Assembly: GCF_037042905.1 (NCBI RefSeq)
Contig: NC_087250.1
Span: forward strand, 23,624,001-23,688,000
Direction: 5' to 3'
Length of the DNA: 64,000 bases
DNA from: Lytechinus pictus
Taxonomy: Eukaryota
In this document: in pieces, positions 38,399-53,010 of the stretch
Layout of the letters: each line of letters begins with the position of its first letter
Numbering within the stretch: position 1 is the first letter of the stretch
Program-made: the position numbers and the translations under genes
Notes under the pieces: generated by a model
The model's database searches: none
The model's input: only the letters and a program-made list of their open reading frames with translations
What the model was told of the DNA's origin: nothing

Positions 38399-39862
38399 AC
38401 AAAGGACGTCATTTATTGTGACTTACACCAGGAAAAAAAATTGGAAGAAAAAATGGGGCTAAAGTTTTAGCCAACCATCCCAAATACACTATTCATAATT
38501 TACATGTATTTTTAGCCCTCGCTCTATCTTTAAATTTTCATTTTTCCAAGGCATTTGTGGGCGTTTGAGGGGGCAAATTCACCAAAGCCCCCAGTGCAGT
38601 TCTTTCCCTGATCAATACACAAGTTCCTTGATGATACTTTATTCTGATTGTCTTGGGAAAAGGACGCACAAGAGGAAAAGAGTCAAAATACATTTTATTA
38701 TAAGTTTTGTGAAACAGGTCCTGTAGGCTCATAAAAACATGTCATAAAATAGGTTTGTTTGTGATGAAATCATCATAGCTTTTCGTATCAGTCTGTAGAA
38801 AAATGAAAAGTATTCATCCATTTCTTGAGGATCTCGTTCTGGAGTTCATCTTAAATCGGTGTGGCTGCGAGAGATGTAATAGAGATGCACGGGTTGGAGT
38901 GGGTGACAACTAATTTGAATTATGAATATTCATAAGGCTACCCGATACCACCCAAGTTCTTCTGCTGCATCGAATGATGTAGCCTTAATACAGAAATGTA
39001 TAATTAGCACTTCTTTGTTTTTTCAAGGAAACTTCTGTGCATTTGTTAGATTCACTGACACAAGTTGTATTTCATGAAAAATAGTTTGATTATTTTGTCT
39101 CGTTTTGAAAAGTGGTTTTGATATTTTGAGAATTTTTTTAGATTTCTTTGCAGACTATCGTTTAATAAAATGATTCTCTGCTATATTTGTACTTGTATTT
39201 GGATTTAGTTGGAGCAGTTACATGTATGTATAACTCTTTGTTATTGTTGGTTGAATATCTTTTGTTTTACCTGACTGTTATTAAGAAAGGATGAATGCCT
39301 GTTAATAGCAAGCATCCAGAAGACCTATGGCTGAAGGTTCTTTCTGAGAGACCTGGTAATAAGGATAAGGATTTACACTACGTTATAATGAGAAGATACA
39401 TGATAATGAATTCAGTGTTCATGTTGGTCCATTGGCGCTAAGACCTGACTTAAGACACATTCAACCAGCCCTGTACAACCTTAGCGATTGATCATCCTGG
39501 AGCTCATTTCTACAATGGAGTGCTTCGAGTTTGATCATTGTGTATGATCAATCTTAAAGATCTGCCCCTTGTTCAACTGCTACACTCTAAATTACAGGAA
39601 TTTAAAAGAAATCCAGGTGGACTGCACTGTAGATAGGGATTAAAGTTGAATTTGGGAGTTATTTTTAATCCTAAAAATGTATATTTTAATGTCAAGAGAT
39701 TTGAATTTGAATCCTTTGAGATGTAGAAATGAATCATTTGGATTAATATTACTAAATCCCAAAGGACAGTCCACCTGGATTTTTTAAAATCCCTGCAAAT
39801 TAGAGTCTATGCTTTACATTACAGGGTCTGCTTTATAATAATTTCTTGTCTAACACTGAAAC

Positions 39863-40355
39863 GCCTCAATAAAACGTTCACATCTTCCGGTGAAACGGAA
39901 TGCACACACTGCTCGAATTGCAGATATGACATAATAAAGATTTATCCAAAGTCCAAGCACCAGAATGCATTTCTTAAAACGTTCTTCCCCTGATGAAAGA
40001 TAATGCACCCATTGTTCGAAATGAAGCCTTTCCTAAAACGTTCTTTCCCTGATGAAAGGGAACGCACCCACCGTTCGAAATGAAGATATGATTATATTAT
40101 AATAAGATTTATCCAGACACCAGAACGCCTTTCCTAAATCGTTCTTTCCCTGATGAAAGGGAACGCAACCACTGCTTGAAATGAAGATATGATCATAATA
40201 AGATTAATCCAGACACCACAACGCCTTTCTTAAAACGTTCTTTCCCTGATGAAAGGGAATGCACCCATCGTTGGAAATGAAGTAATAAACGCCTTTCCTA
40301 AAACGTTCTTTCCCTGATGAAAGGGAACGCACCCACCGCTCGAAATGAAGATATG
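39863..40355. repeat. Minisatellite: about six copies of a ~58-bp core with variable-length related linkers
   Basis: Core GCCTTTCCTAAAACGTTCTTTCCCTGATGAAAGGGAACGCACCCACCGTTCGAAATGAAG. Confidence 0.9.
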
Positions 40356-41470
40356 AAATTGTCATATTGGCGAAGACTTAGCGATACCTAAGACTTGCAT
40401 TGGCCTAAGGGATCTCAGAGCAAGGAGTGTTTACTGAGTATTGTAATTAGCATTTTTCTTGATGGAATCGGTAATTCCACTTCGAGCAAATTTTGGGGAG
40501 AAAATGAAGAGGTTTTTTTTTTTTAGAGGAGGATGTATAAAGAAGAAAATATTGGATGGTGATTATGTCAGAGAGAGAGAGTATTGCAGATATGTAGCAG
40601 AGTCAGTGTGAAATGCATTGTTGATTATTATCATATGAATTAAATGCTTCATGTGCCTGTCATAAATTTGTGTAAATTCACTTACTAAAAAAAATAGTTT
40701 TGGGGCATCATATTGCGTTCATAATGACACCAAATTCACTAGACATCACACAGTCAGTAGAATATCACCCAATCTCATGCATGTATAATGATTTAACCCA
40801 ATGAAATTTTTCTGTTCTTCAAAAACTCAAGTCCTAAATACACATGTACTTGAGTCACTCTTCGATCACCCATTAAATATGATACCTGTTCTTCATTTTA
40901 TGAAAGCCAGAGGAGAGCCTTGTTTTCCAAATTATAAGTTTGTTTTCATTTTTTTCATAAAAATTCAGAGTACTGTGGGATAATTATTGAATTCATTAAA
41001 GAGCTGAGTTCTTGTCTTTTTATGAAACTGGAGTTAAGATCTACTAGACAATTGAATGGATACTCTGTTTTAAGATCAGGGGCCTGTAACACAAAGCTTA
41101 GCAATGATCGTAGAACATTGTTCTACGATTGATTCCATTGACTACAATGTACAATCAATTGTAAAAATCAAGTGTACGATTGATCGCTAATCTTTGTCTT
41201 ACCGGCCCCAGGTGTATGTTTCATAAAGCTGTTTGTATGTTAACAACTTTATGAATGACTGGTGATCCTTTCTTGTAAAAAATATACTCAAAGTTTTAAT
41301 TGATGCTGATTTAGTGCTTATTAAGAAAGGATCACCAGTCGTTCATAAAGTCATTCGTAAGTTTATACGAATGTCCAGCTTTATGAAACACCCACCAGGT
41401 GCCCATGATACGAAGCTTAGCCATCGGCAGTTGAGTTAATTCTCAAAAGTGATCGTACATTGTTATCTAA

Positions 41471-41868
41471 AGGGCCGTCTGCACCATCCCAAGTTTTCAA
41501 ATTAGCGCGCTATTTCTGATCCGGCAAATTATCCCGATCTGAACAATCTCGAGATTATTTGTAATGGAGACGCAATTATCGGGCTAGTTCATAGGATTAA
41601 TCTTGAGATTGCAATCCCAAGTCAACTTGGGATTATTTGCAAAATAGCGCGTTATTGTACGAATTAGCGCGCTAATTCGCAGGTGCAGACGCACTCGGGA
41701 TTATTTATTTACGGCGTCAGACCAAAATGCATCGATGCCTCGCTCGAGCAGGAAACGCTCTTGCGATGGTGGAGACGGGGTTTCTTGAATCTCGAGATTA
41801 ATCCCGAAGAGGGCCGATCGGGCTAAAATCTCGAGATTGAGCAAACTCGGGATGGTGCAGCACCGCCT
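41471..41868. mobile_element. Harbinger-like MITE nested in an older MITE
   Basis: GTCTGCACCATCCCAAGTT...AACTCGGGATGGTGCAGC inverted ends. Confidence 0.75.
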
Positions 41869-43644
41869 TATGAAATTAATTAAGAGAAATTTAAAAAGGG
41901 CACTGTGATCTAGGGCTAAACTTTATGTTGTTGGAGGGAAATGTCAACGGATAAACTGATTTTTTAATATTTTTTTTAATAATAACATTTTAAAAGATTT
42001 AAGATTCAGATTAGAAGTTTAGCTGGCCTATAGGGAATCAGTCTTCAGGCACAGACCCTGATTGAAACTTTGATCAACAAGTGGGTCTCCATGCAAAGAC
42101 TAGCACATAAAAAAAACTTGCTGTTAAAGGGTCTTCATTGCACAAGGCATAAGTAGGCTGTACATTCAGACCCTTAAATCGAGTGAAGGGTTTGCACAGC
42201 AGACTAACAGCGAATGGTCAATCTCTTCCTCGTCACTTGAGCTATTAACGAATAATTGTAATTTTATCATTAGAATTCTGGCAGATCTAATTTCCACTTC
42301 ATCTACTACTGGTTAGAACTTTGCAATACAGCTATGAATATTTGGTTCAGTTTTTCTGACCAAAAAGTAGTGTTAGATGAAATGGGCATTTCCTGAAAAT
42401 TGAACAAAATGGTAAATGGTTTAAATTTCAATCAGGTCAAATCAGAGAAAAAATTACATGGGGACTGGGAGCAAATAGCTAAAAAAAGAGCCCTGAGAAC
42501 TAAAACAAAGGGAATGCTGGAAAGCCCCATTTATCATAATGTTAAAGTTTACCCAATCTTGCAGTAAGTTGTGAAAAGTAGCCCCCAAAAATGAAAACAA
42601 AATATTTTTTTCCTGGTGGGTGTTTCATAAAGCTTGTCGTAAGTTAAGAGCGACTTTAAGAACGACTGGTGAATCCTTTTTTACACGCTAAACCATCGCC
42701 AATGAACATTTAAAGGTGAATATCATTTACCATGAGAAAGGATCACCAATCATTCTTAAAGTCGCTCTTAACTTACGAACAGCTTTATGAAACAGCCCCC
42801 TGGACTCAATAGTAATACTAGTACTTGTAGACAAATTCAAACCAGAATTAGTCAATGTTGGATGAGACCAAGAGGATAAAGGGGATGTATACCAAGTGGC
42901 AGTGTTAATACCTTTAAATGAAACCTGAGGGGTGTTTCATGAAAGTTGTCAGCACTGACTAAATTGTCAAAGCTGACAATTTCAGTGAAATCCTTGGTTT
43001 TGATTGGCTGAGAGGCACTAACCTCTGACTATTACCATGGTAACTGTCGGAGAAAGACAAGTTGTCAGTGCACACAGCTTCATGAAATGGCCCCCTAAAT
43101 AGCAACATATATAGGCCCACATGTACAGTAGCTCTGTCTATCCAGGAGGATGAATTGTGAATTTTGTGAGGTGCACACAACTTTGCATTGTACAAGCGAG
43201 TAGCAAAGTGGTGTTTCGTGCTATAGCCAGGGGATGAGTTTCCATTGGCTCATGGTCATACCATCTCCTGCACTTCATGACCCAATTCTAGATCTAGAGT
43301 TTGAGCTTGACCCGAGGGTGCGCTAAGGTCACTGAACTGGATAGACAGTGGCTGAAGGAGGGGTCTGCATTGAGGAAGGGTCAGTTTGTATTCTATGGTT
43401 CTGTTACGTTCAATTTCCATTGGTCAGCCTGATTATTGCAGTACAGGTCATGCTCCATCAGTTATGTTTGAGAAAAAAGTCTTAGTCTTTTCCCTTGGCC
43501 CATGTTTCATTAGGGACTTTCGCTGAACTACACAGACCTAATATTTGACCTATCCTAATCGATCAAGATGAGATTGCAAAAGCTGTACAACATGGACAGT
43601 ACTGTCCTTGGGTTTATATTTGTTTCAAGTTCAACACTCCAAAA

Positions 43645-44080
43645 TACTGGTAGTCTTCGGAGGCTTGCAGACTTCACTTCTGTGTTGCATTGTCTGTCCT
43701 AATTGTTCAAGACAGTAGAAATTGTGAAAACTGCATAACCTACTGGAGTTGAGTGATTTGGGTCTACAGATTTATTTTCAACACCACTTAATTCTGGTAG
43801 TCTTTTGCAATCATCACTTGTGTGTTGCATTGCCTGTCCTATTGGTTCAAGGTAGTAGAAGTTATAAAAATTGTATCACACTAGATTTGAAATCGGTGGT
43901 CTTTGGAAGCCTGCAGACATCCCTTCTGCGTTGCATTGTCTGTCCTCATGGTTCAAGAAAGGAGCAGTTGTGAAAACAGTATCACACTATATTTGCTTTC
44001 AACACATAGAATCAGGTGGGCTTTGGAAGCCTGCAGACATCGCTTTTGTGTAGCACAAGTCTGTCCTAATTGATCTAGAC
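43645..44080. repeat. Degenerate tandem repeat, about four units of ~120 bp
   Basis: Recurrent GGT(A/G)GTCTTTGGAAGCCTGCAGAC...GCATTGTCTGTCCT. Confidence 0.8.
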
Positions 44081-47000
44081 GGAGTGAAATTGGTCTGTGT
44101 ACAATCGCATGGTGTAATAGCTGTGTTAGAGAAATGAGTGTAATTAATGAATCATTTAAGCTCGTTAGTGTATTCACCTCCTTCCCAGTAAGAACCTGAC
44201 AGAGCGCCATTCATCGGATAATGAATGGACGAGACTTGATGATTGCCAATGATGGCTGAGGCCCTATTCACATGTGGAATGTAATGCGAAGGTTTGGAGG
44301 ATATGGTTTTGTAAGAGTCATCCAGGGTGATATGAGTTGGGAAGAGTTGTGATTGCTAATGATGATCAAGGTGTCACTTTCACCAGTAATGTATAAAAGC
44401 TTTGCAATAGGGGCAATTTTCATTGGAGAAACTTGATGATTGCCAATTTACAAGTAAGACCTCAAATGGAAATAAACCCTGTGATTGATTTATTGTCCTG
44501 TCTTTCCAAGTGTTTATCACTATATATACTATACAAGTGTTTATAACATTCTCTGCTCTTTAATTATTGGGAGAACAGACATAATCATACATGTAGTAGG
44601 TATACAATATAGAATTTGTGCCTTTCTCTTCTTGAGTTGAGAACACTTGCTAGTTGATTCACACTTCCCCCACACGTTGGACACAGGAAGCTCTACAAAT
44701 TACTCCTTAGCCTCGTTCACACTGAGATCAATGAGCATTTTTTTTTTCTTTTTAATTTTATATTGAATGTGAAGAAATGTGTATATGTCTTGTAGAGTAT
44801 TCCATTTCAGTTTTATGGTAAATTACTGACTACAAAAATTACTTACATGTACAGTCGGATTTTACCAATATGCCTAATACTCTTCCGATACATGTGCATG
44901 TAAATTAGCCCCAATGTCAAAAAGATAAAAGCATTCATGATTTTTTTTCAACTTTCCAGCTGATATTACCATCATGATTCACTATTAAATAGGCCTAAAT
45001 ATAATTACTCTACTGATGCATGTTTCCCCAGTTTTAGAAAGATATAGCATTCATTTTTTTTCTTCAACTTTTCAGCTGATGTTAGGGGTGCATCTCACCA
45101 TGTTCCCCCAAACTTCTGAAAGACAGGGCAAAGAAATGAAGCAATCAAGAAATGCGAAATGACCCAAACCTCGGTGTTTGTGAAGTCACAACTCAAAAAC
45201 TAATTTCTCTTCCTGGTTTATTGCTCTCCAAAACATGAGCAGATATAGCAACCCTGTAATTGCTATTGACATTTTTTTTGTAGAAGATGTTATGAAATTT
45301 GTTAAAACTTCCGAGAAGGGGTCGATCATCGGTCATTTCCTCGTACATACAGGACATACTCTATTGTTTCATGATCATTTTGAAGAGGCTTGCTATTTTT
45401 GTACTGATACTAGAGAAATATTTTGTATTGACAAAATCCAAATATTGAGACATAAATTCGTTTATTTTCATATCACTATTGATAAGATTGTAGGATTGGG
45501 TCAGACAGAGAGAGAGGGTTGGAGACAAGAGAGTAGGATTTTTGGCAAAAGGGCCTGCGGCAAGTTTCAAAATTCTTACCTTTTTATGCTATACAATTTT
45601 TATAGAGTCAGTCTTATTCCTGATGAACTTTTTTACTTGCTAATGCTATTAAACCTTTTTTTTCTTTCTTTTTTTTTTACTAAAATTAGATTTACAGTTA
45701 CATGTACATTTAAAAGATTGAGACATTTTTTGTCTTCAGTAGAATACTCTTCTAAATGTTTGTTATGAAAGAAAAATAATTAAGGATGTACATGCACATT
45801 CCATGTCACTGATTCATTTAAACGTGTTTCATAGATTTTAGAGAAAAAAAATTGAGGAAAATATTAAGATGATTTCTTCTTTAAATCAAAATATTTGTTC
45901 ACATTTTTACACCCCTTGTACTTCTAAAAATTCCTGCCCTGATATGAGGAGAAAAAAAAGCTCCTCAATATTGAGGACTTCCACTTAATTTAATAGTAGA
46001 ATACAGAACCAATACACTTTAGCCATAACTGCACGTATATAACTCTAAATCCATACTGTGTGTGGTGGTGACGAATGGGCATGGGATACCAAATTTAGAA
46101 TCATTTGGGCTTTAGTGAGTGCGATCCTGACGCTATTGCACCGGTATTGATTTTTGGTAGCTGTCGAATCCTTGGTCGTATCTTCATTTTACTCCATCTT
46201 TCTCTCTCGCTCGCAGGTCGGTGGCTCACGGCCTCTTTCTATTGTGTCATCTGTTCCATCTAATTTATTCCTTCTTTCTCTCTCTCTCTCCTCTCTTTCT
46301 CTCCTTTTCTTACTATCTTTCTAGATCTCTCCCTGTCCTTTGAATGGTCCTTTTGTAGAAAAGTTGCTATTTATACAGACACATGTACATAATGTAGTAA
46401 TTTCTTCATTTTATTCATCCCTCTCTCTCTCTCTCTTCTTTCACCTAGCTTGCTCTTACTGTTTCTTTCTCTATTAATTATAGGGTCTTGCTACATGTAG
46501 TTGTATCCTCATTTGACATTTTACATAGAAATATTCTCCTAAGAACCCGGGGAAGGGGGACTGCCGAAACAATGTGGATACAATGCCTATGTTCAAATAA
46601 GCTCATAAAAAAGTGTATGTTACATGGGGGGGGGGGGGTTCATGGCTGGGTGAGTGCATACACTGAAAAGGGTATTAAAATTGCCCATACCATATTGTAT
46701 CAGCGTAGGAAAAACATAAGGGCGACGGATGATGTCGCCCTCATGACCGCCCAAATCGCCCCTAAAATTACCCCGCCATGCATGCTTTGGGGCGACCATT
46801 CTTTCTAGAGTCGCCCCTACATCTGTCATTATTAACAATATTCAAGATTATGTAGAAAATAAATATTCTATAACTATGGAAGAATACTGACATTTGCTTT
46901 TACAGTTTAATTGCTTGTTACCCCTATAAAGTAGCCCTTAAAATGAAAGATATAGCCCCCAAAATTCTGCCATTGCCCCAATGTGGAAAAAAGCCCCTGA

Positions 47001-47270
47001 AAAATGAAAAATTATTTCCTATCCTTAATGTACACACTCACACACAATGAAGTTGAAATGAATAAAAGAAACACAAAAGATCTGATGTACTGTATGAGGA
47101 AGTTTTCAAATATACAGTCTTTTACCATGTATGTCTACTTTCAATTTGCAACAAAAAAATCACATACCATGTCTAGACTTAACCAAACAAAACCTTGATT
47201 TGTAAAGCTGGCTCACCATTTTAAGACGATTAAAAAAAGTCGTTTGAATTATTTAGAAGATTCTTATAAT

Positions 47271-47694
47271 CAGGGCTCCACACTTGCCCTTTTTTTCAAC
47301 TGGTCCGCCCTTTTCATGACGGACCAGTAGATACCCAGTTGTTCCATTTTTGCTGGTCCATACCTAGACTGTACTGGTCCCACCCCTCCCCCCCCCCAAA
47401 AAAAAAAAAGCACATAAAAAAAGAAGTGTTTATTTTGCTGTCTTGCATTGCTTATTGTTACCCCCCCAAAAAAAAAAAATAGTACACACTACATCATTCA
47501 TGAGAGCCACTTTTTGTGATGCCAGAGTCATTTTTATAATTTACGAAAGAAAAGAAAGTATCCTTTGTTTCATTTTGATATATTTTTTACTGATGTCAGA
47601 CCAGTAAATCTGGCTATTTCTGAAAAGTAATACTGGCCCGACATCAATTTTTAGCGGTCTGCGACAGTCAGACCGGTGCCAGTGTCGTGTGCTG
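47271..47694 (+). mobile_element. CAG-ended MITE with 7-bp TSD TTATAAT
   Basis: CAGGGCTCCACACT...AGTGTCGTGTGCTG; homologous to 16324-16759. Confidence 0.7.
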
Positions 47695-47791
47695 TTATAA
47701 TGTGTTGCAATATTTCAATGTGAAACTTTCCAGATAAAACAATGTACATGTGGATGTTTCTTTGTTTCAGAAAAGGGAACCATTGTATTAA

Positions 47792-48339
47792 AGGAGAATG
47801 AAACCTTTGGAACAAGATAGCATGTGTAAAAACAGAAAAATCAAAGAAACAGATCAACGATATTTTGAGAAAAATCGGACAAATAATAAGAAAGTTATGA
47901 GCATTTGAATATTGCGATCAATAATGCTATGGAGATCCTCATATTGGCAATGCAACAAAGATGTGTGATGGCACTTGTGAACAACTCTCCCCATTACTTT
48001 AGTATATATTTCACTTAAACTGCCTCTTTTATCACATCTATCAGTAGATCATGTGTTCTTTCCATAGGAGAGCATGTAATACAGATTTTTAAAGAATCCA
48101 TCATGGATAAAGAGTTTGTATCACTATAAGAAAAAGCATAAGACATATTGGGGGTATTTTATAGTCCATCAAAGGGAAAGTTGTTCACATGTGACATCAT
48201 ACATCCTTGTCGCATTGCCAATGGGAGGATCTCCATGGCATTAGTGATTGCAATATTCAAATGCTCACAACTTTCTCATTATTTGTCAGATTTTTCTGTT
48301 TCGACACAAGCCTACTTGTTACAAAGGTTTCATTCCCCT
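47792..48339. mobile_element. Kolobok-like MITE
   Basis: TTAA|AGGAGAATGAAACCTTTG...CAAAGGTTTCATTCCCCT|TTAA, with long inverted arms. Confidence 0.85.
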
Positions 48340-49964
48340 TTAAATGATCTTGAGCACCTTGCCCCTCGATCATTGTTTTTTCGCTAAAAAAACATACCGG
48401 TACTTTGGCAAAGGTGGGGTTATTATCTTATGAAGACTTAATCTAGACATCGTTTGACAATGTTGACATCCTTGTTTCTTGTAATTAGTCTGTTTTGTGT
48501 TCATTTCAGGTTTTTTGGCACACAATCATTAAAATTTGTCTTCTCAAAATGTATGAGATAACGAGAGTAGAATCAACTACATGTATCATCTTTACTTGAG
48601 CAAAGACTAGCATCTAACTTGCCTTTACAAGTACTCCCTTTGACAGTTGTGTTTACTTTTAAGTCTGGATCAAAGACTACCCATGTCCTTAGGTTACTTA
48701 TTATGCAGTTCTTCTAAGCAGGCAATTAGATCTTGATTTCAGTACGTCTGACATTTTTGACAAATTCCCTGCATTTTCCTGAATTCTATTACAAATTATT
48801 TTCCAATCATTGCACTGCCACTTCAGATGTGTTTGCTTTCACTGCAAGTACAACATGTGCTGTATGAACATCACTGAAATAATTAGTTTGAAAAAAGTGA
48901 CTTGTATAAAACAACACTTTGTGATCGTCAAGAGGTGATTTTTAGGTATGGAATTATGAAATCAAAGCCTACAACTGTACACTCTAAATTCCAAGGATTT
49001 TAATAAATCCAGATCAGCTGTGAATGGTGACAAGCCAAATTTCGTATTTATTTTTAATCTTTAGGATTAACTTTTAAATCTCAAATGATTTAATTCAAAT
49101 CTTTTAGCTTCGTTTAAATCCTAATGGTTTGAATTCTAATCTAATATTCAGCTGGTCACTATTCACAGCCGATCTGGATTTATTTTAAATCCTTTGAATT
49201 TAGAGTATCTTTAAATTTTGATACCCTCCCCTCCCCCTTAAAAGATAGTGTATGTCACTATACCATTTCATATTGTGTGCCCTAAAATAGTTGTGTTGTG
49301 AAAAATGAAGAGGATATATATTTTAGGATAAAATAATTTTCCATCAAATATTATTAAATTTGATCTGGTGCCCAATCAAAATGAAATATATACATGCATA
49401 TTTTTTGTCTTGTTAGTAAATTCTAGATTGTGAGACTTAAAATTGTGTATGAACGCACCTGTATCAATACGACAGTGTACAACCAGTGCATTTACTTGTA
49501 ATAGAATTGTTGGGAGAGAAACTGATGGTTGTTTGATGGTTAAAATTGTGTCTGAATGCACCCTGAATACTCTGGCCACTGAGACATGTTTGTATTTGAA
49601 GACTAAAATTGTGTATGAACGCATCCTTACTACCTGGACCAAGGTTAGCCGAACACAACCAATACTGTGTGTATAGTACCGTAGTTTGCCTGTTATGAGA
49701 TTGTTGGGGTAGAATCACTTGAAGAGGAAATTGGTCTGAGTTGAGCCCTCAATAGTTATACCCTGTATTGCCCAACACATAGACTAATTAGGACATCCTT
49801 GATTGGTTCTGTGAGAAGACATTGTTTATTCACACCCAAGGAGCTCAAATTGGCAACAATCGTTAATTTTGTGAAAATTTGTTTTCATACTTTGAAAAAA
49901 TTTGTAACCCATAGAGGTACTTGGCTTCCATAATAAGGTCAAAATTAATCTTATTTCACTCCCT

Positions 49965-50301
49965 TTAATAATCTGCTTTTATATAGCGCTTAATACTTTG
50001 GAACATGTCTGAACGCTTTACAGATATATTATTACCCTGGTCATCGTATTCAATCAGTCATTCCCGCACACAATGTATGCACATCCTCCACTCCCTGGGG
50101 AGTATTCCAGTGAGGTGCACACAGTACTGGACAAGCTACAATGACTTTCGCATCCTTCCGGGTACCCATTTAGCACCTGGGTCGAGAGTGGCAAAGTGTG
50201 GATTAATGCCTTGCCAAAGGACGCCAGACTGCGGTGAGATTCAAACACACGACCCTCTGTTTACAAGGTGAGAGTCAGAACCACTACACCACAGCTGCTC
50301 C
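49965..50301 (-). mobile_element. tRNA-derived SINE
   Basis: Homologous to 38047-38398. Confidence 0.85.
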
Positions 50302-50413
50302 ACACCCTTTATTGGCAACAATCATTATTTTTTAAATTCATTAAAAAAAAAAACAACCACATACAGAATATTAACAAATTACAGATAAATCTGGTGGTTT
50401 TGATTAAATATAT

Positions 50414-50780
50414 GGAAGCATCGTGGTGTGTGGAAGCGTCATGGTGTAGCAGTTCTGACTCTCGCCTTGTAATCAGAGGGTCGTGTGTTCGAATCCCACC
50501 ATGGCCTTGCATCCTTTGGCAAGGCGTTAATCCACACTTTGCCACTCTCCACCCAGGTGTTAAATGGGTACCCGGTAGGATGCGAAAGCCTATATGTAGT
50601 ATGCCTAGCAATTGAGTCTTGGAACTATTGTTGGAATGCTCCCCGGGGAGTGGAGAAGGTGCATACATTGTATGCGGGCATGCAAGGATCCGATTATCAG
50701 GTTGATAATATCTGTAAAGCGCTTAGAGACGTCATTCTGATGTATTAAGCACTCTATAAATGCGGAATATTATTATTATT
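50414..50780 (+). mobile_element. tRNA-derived SINE with duplicated 18-nt 5' head
   Basis: GGAAGCATCGTGGTGTGT followed by GGAAGCGTCATGGTGTAG; B box; (TAT)n tail. Confidence 0.85.
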
Positions 50781-50932
50781 AAATTATATAAAGTACAAGA
50801 ATTACAATATATTCTCAACAGGTGACCATTTCCTATTGTGTATAATTTCTTTTTGCCATTTTTTAGCAATAACCAATTCAATACATCTGATAATGGAAAT
50901 AAATGCTACTAGCCCAAATACTACTAGACCAG

Positions 50933-51207
50933 AGGCCTGTATCTTTATAAAGAGTTACGATTGATCCAATCAATCGTAACTCTATGGAAATCCATCAGTG
51001 TCATAATTTTTTCTGCAGGAAATTTCCAAAATGTCCTTTGTAAACAAGGGAGAACACAACAAATTGTCAAGAATCAATGAATTTATGGATATATATTAAT
51101 ATCTAAACAAAATTTTGAACAAACATGTATTTCATATGTTGACTTTGCTGGCTTTCCATAGTTACGATTGATCGGATCAATCGCAACTCTTTATAAGATG
51201 GGGCCCC
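50933..51207. mobile_element. Palindromic MITE
   Basis: TATAAAGAGTTACGATTGATCC...GGATCAATCGCAACTCTTTATA. Confidence 0.75.
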
Positions 51208-52968
51208 TGGGATACATTTATGTGCTTGAAATTATCGGCCTGTAACTTTATATGATATTGCTGCATTCGCTCTGCGAAATAGTAAAGCATAATGAAAATA
51301 CAAATAACGTCTGAATCTTAACATTTTACTGCCCACAGTTTGTGAATGCTTGTTTAAAAGATATTGGTGGTTAGTATAATTATAATCCAAGTGTGAATGC
51401 ATATTATATATTATATACCATGTTATTTCCTTCTTATTTCAACTTGGGCCCCGGGCAAGCTCATTTTACATGCATACTATTCCCTCTCCGGAGTTTTTGG
51501 CTAAAATGTCAAAGTTTAGAGGAGATTTGGGGAAAGAAGGATCGCTCGGCCAATCCGCATTAGAGTTTCGCTTACTGCTGCGTTAATTACCTATTAATTT
51601 CAGTCAGTTGTTCTCTGAATTATAACTCAGAATGACAGAGCAGATGACATGGAGAGTTGGATTATTCCACTTTTCTTTCGGGGGTGTATGCTATGCTATG
51701 TTCTTTTGGGATCTGAGGGGTAAGACTGAATGCATTTTCAGGTAGAAATGATCAAATGCATTTTAATTGTTGTTGAAAATATTCAGTAAGTTGTTATTGA
51801 AATTTTAAAAAAAGTAACAAATTCTAAAAGGGCGTTATTGGTCCGTAAAATTATCTTATATTCCTTGGTGTCCATTTCATAAAACTTGTTATGATAACAA
51901 ATTTACAAAAAACAGTTAAAAGCTACTGAAATAATTCAATCTGATTGGCTGATAGTAAATTGGTTATTTTTTATGCATTTGTTATTTGAAGTCTTTGCAA
52001 AATGGGACTCTGGCCTAAACTGAACTGAAGATGGCGCTATTCAATATGACAGTGATTTTCCATTAAAAAAAAGAAAGAGAAAGAGATTAAGCCGGGGAGG
52101 GGGAGATTTCAAACACAAGTAAGATCTGAATAAAAATTCCCCTTTTATTTGATGCATAATCATAATCACTCCAACATTATCGCAAGAATAACTCAATTGT
52201 AGCATTACTAGGACAGTTCTTGAACTGAATGATGATCCTAAGCGCTGTTTGAAGACATTGAAATTTGTGAGATATTTCCTATATTTGAGCAAGTTTGAGT
52301 ATATTTCTTAGCAAATCTAAGAATAACTTTGAGTTGATTTAAGAAGATATAAGAACTAAACAAACCGCACCACAAACCGATGGCTGCATCTTTACATGTA
52401 GATAACCCAGTAGATTATAGATGAAAATAAGAAATTCAAATCTAAAATCTTCCTGATTTGGAATAACAGACATGTGCACGAAGAAATGGATTTTATTTTA
52501 ATATTCTTGCAAATAATGCATGATCTTTTTAGTGCTAGAGATCATGATTATCAGATTCCATCTGTCATGCTCGTAGCTAAAACCCTCACTTTTGGTAGTT
52601 TTTGTTAGAAATTTCAGATTGTTCGTGACTGAATATTAATATGGTCGAATGGGATAATAATGATAATAATAACAGTATATTTACCCAGGGTAGCCACTTC
52701 AGTTCCGAAAACTGTTCTCCCAGCGGTCCCTGCTAGTATAATCACCTCGGCTTGAGCTCAGCTACCTATAGATGTTCAAGCATTTGAGGAATTTTTTCCT
52801 ACCGGGTATCCATTCACCTCGCCTGGGTTGAGTGCAGTACAATGTGGGTATTTCTTGCTGACATAAAACAGATTGATGTTTTCCAAGATCTTTTAATAGT
52901 GTAGTAGGTTTCACGGTACACCATGTATCTTTCTTGGGCAGATGTTGGTCCTGAAAAGGACCACCCAA

Positions 52969-53010
52969 TCTCGACGTTTCGACAAGTGTGTTCTTGTCGT
53001 CCTCGGGAGA
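52969..53010 (-). ncRNA. Degenerate minimal type I hammerhead ribozyme (Penelope-like element remnant)
   Basis: Minus strand reads TCTC-CCGAGGA-C-GACAAG aacaca CTTGTC-GAAAC-GTC-GAGA. Stems I and II pair; the core is CCGAGGA instead of CUGANGA. Confidence 0.65.

Noticed and set aside
39863..40355. CRISPR-like or hammerhead-array reading of the 58-bp repeat containing CTGATGA...GAAA
   Set aside because: The linkers are related to one another rather than unique spacers, there are no cas genes, and the context is eukaryotic. For a hammerhead, four extra bases separate CTGATGA from the possible stem II, that stem is not conserved among units, and I found no stem III partner.
45235..45768. 177-aa ORF
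   Set aside because: No recognisable domain, AT-rich codons, no clear splice context.
15127..48676. Scattered TCF/LEF sites (CTTTGAT/ATCAAAG) as Wnt feedback on BCL9
   Set aside because: Isolated 7-mers are expected many times in AT-rich DNA of this length, and I saw no clustering.
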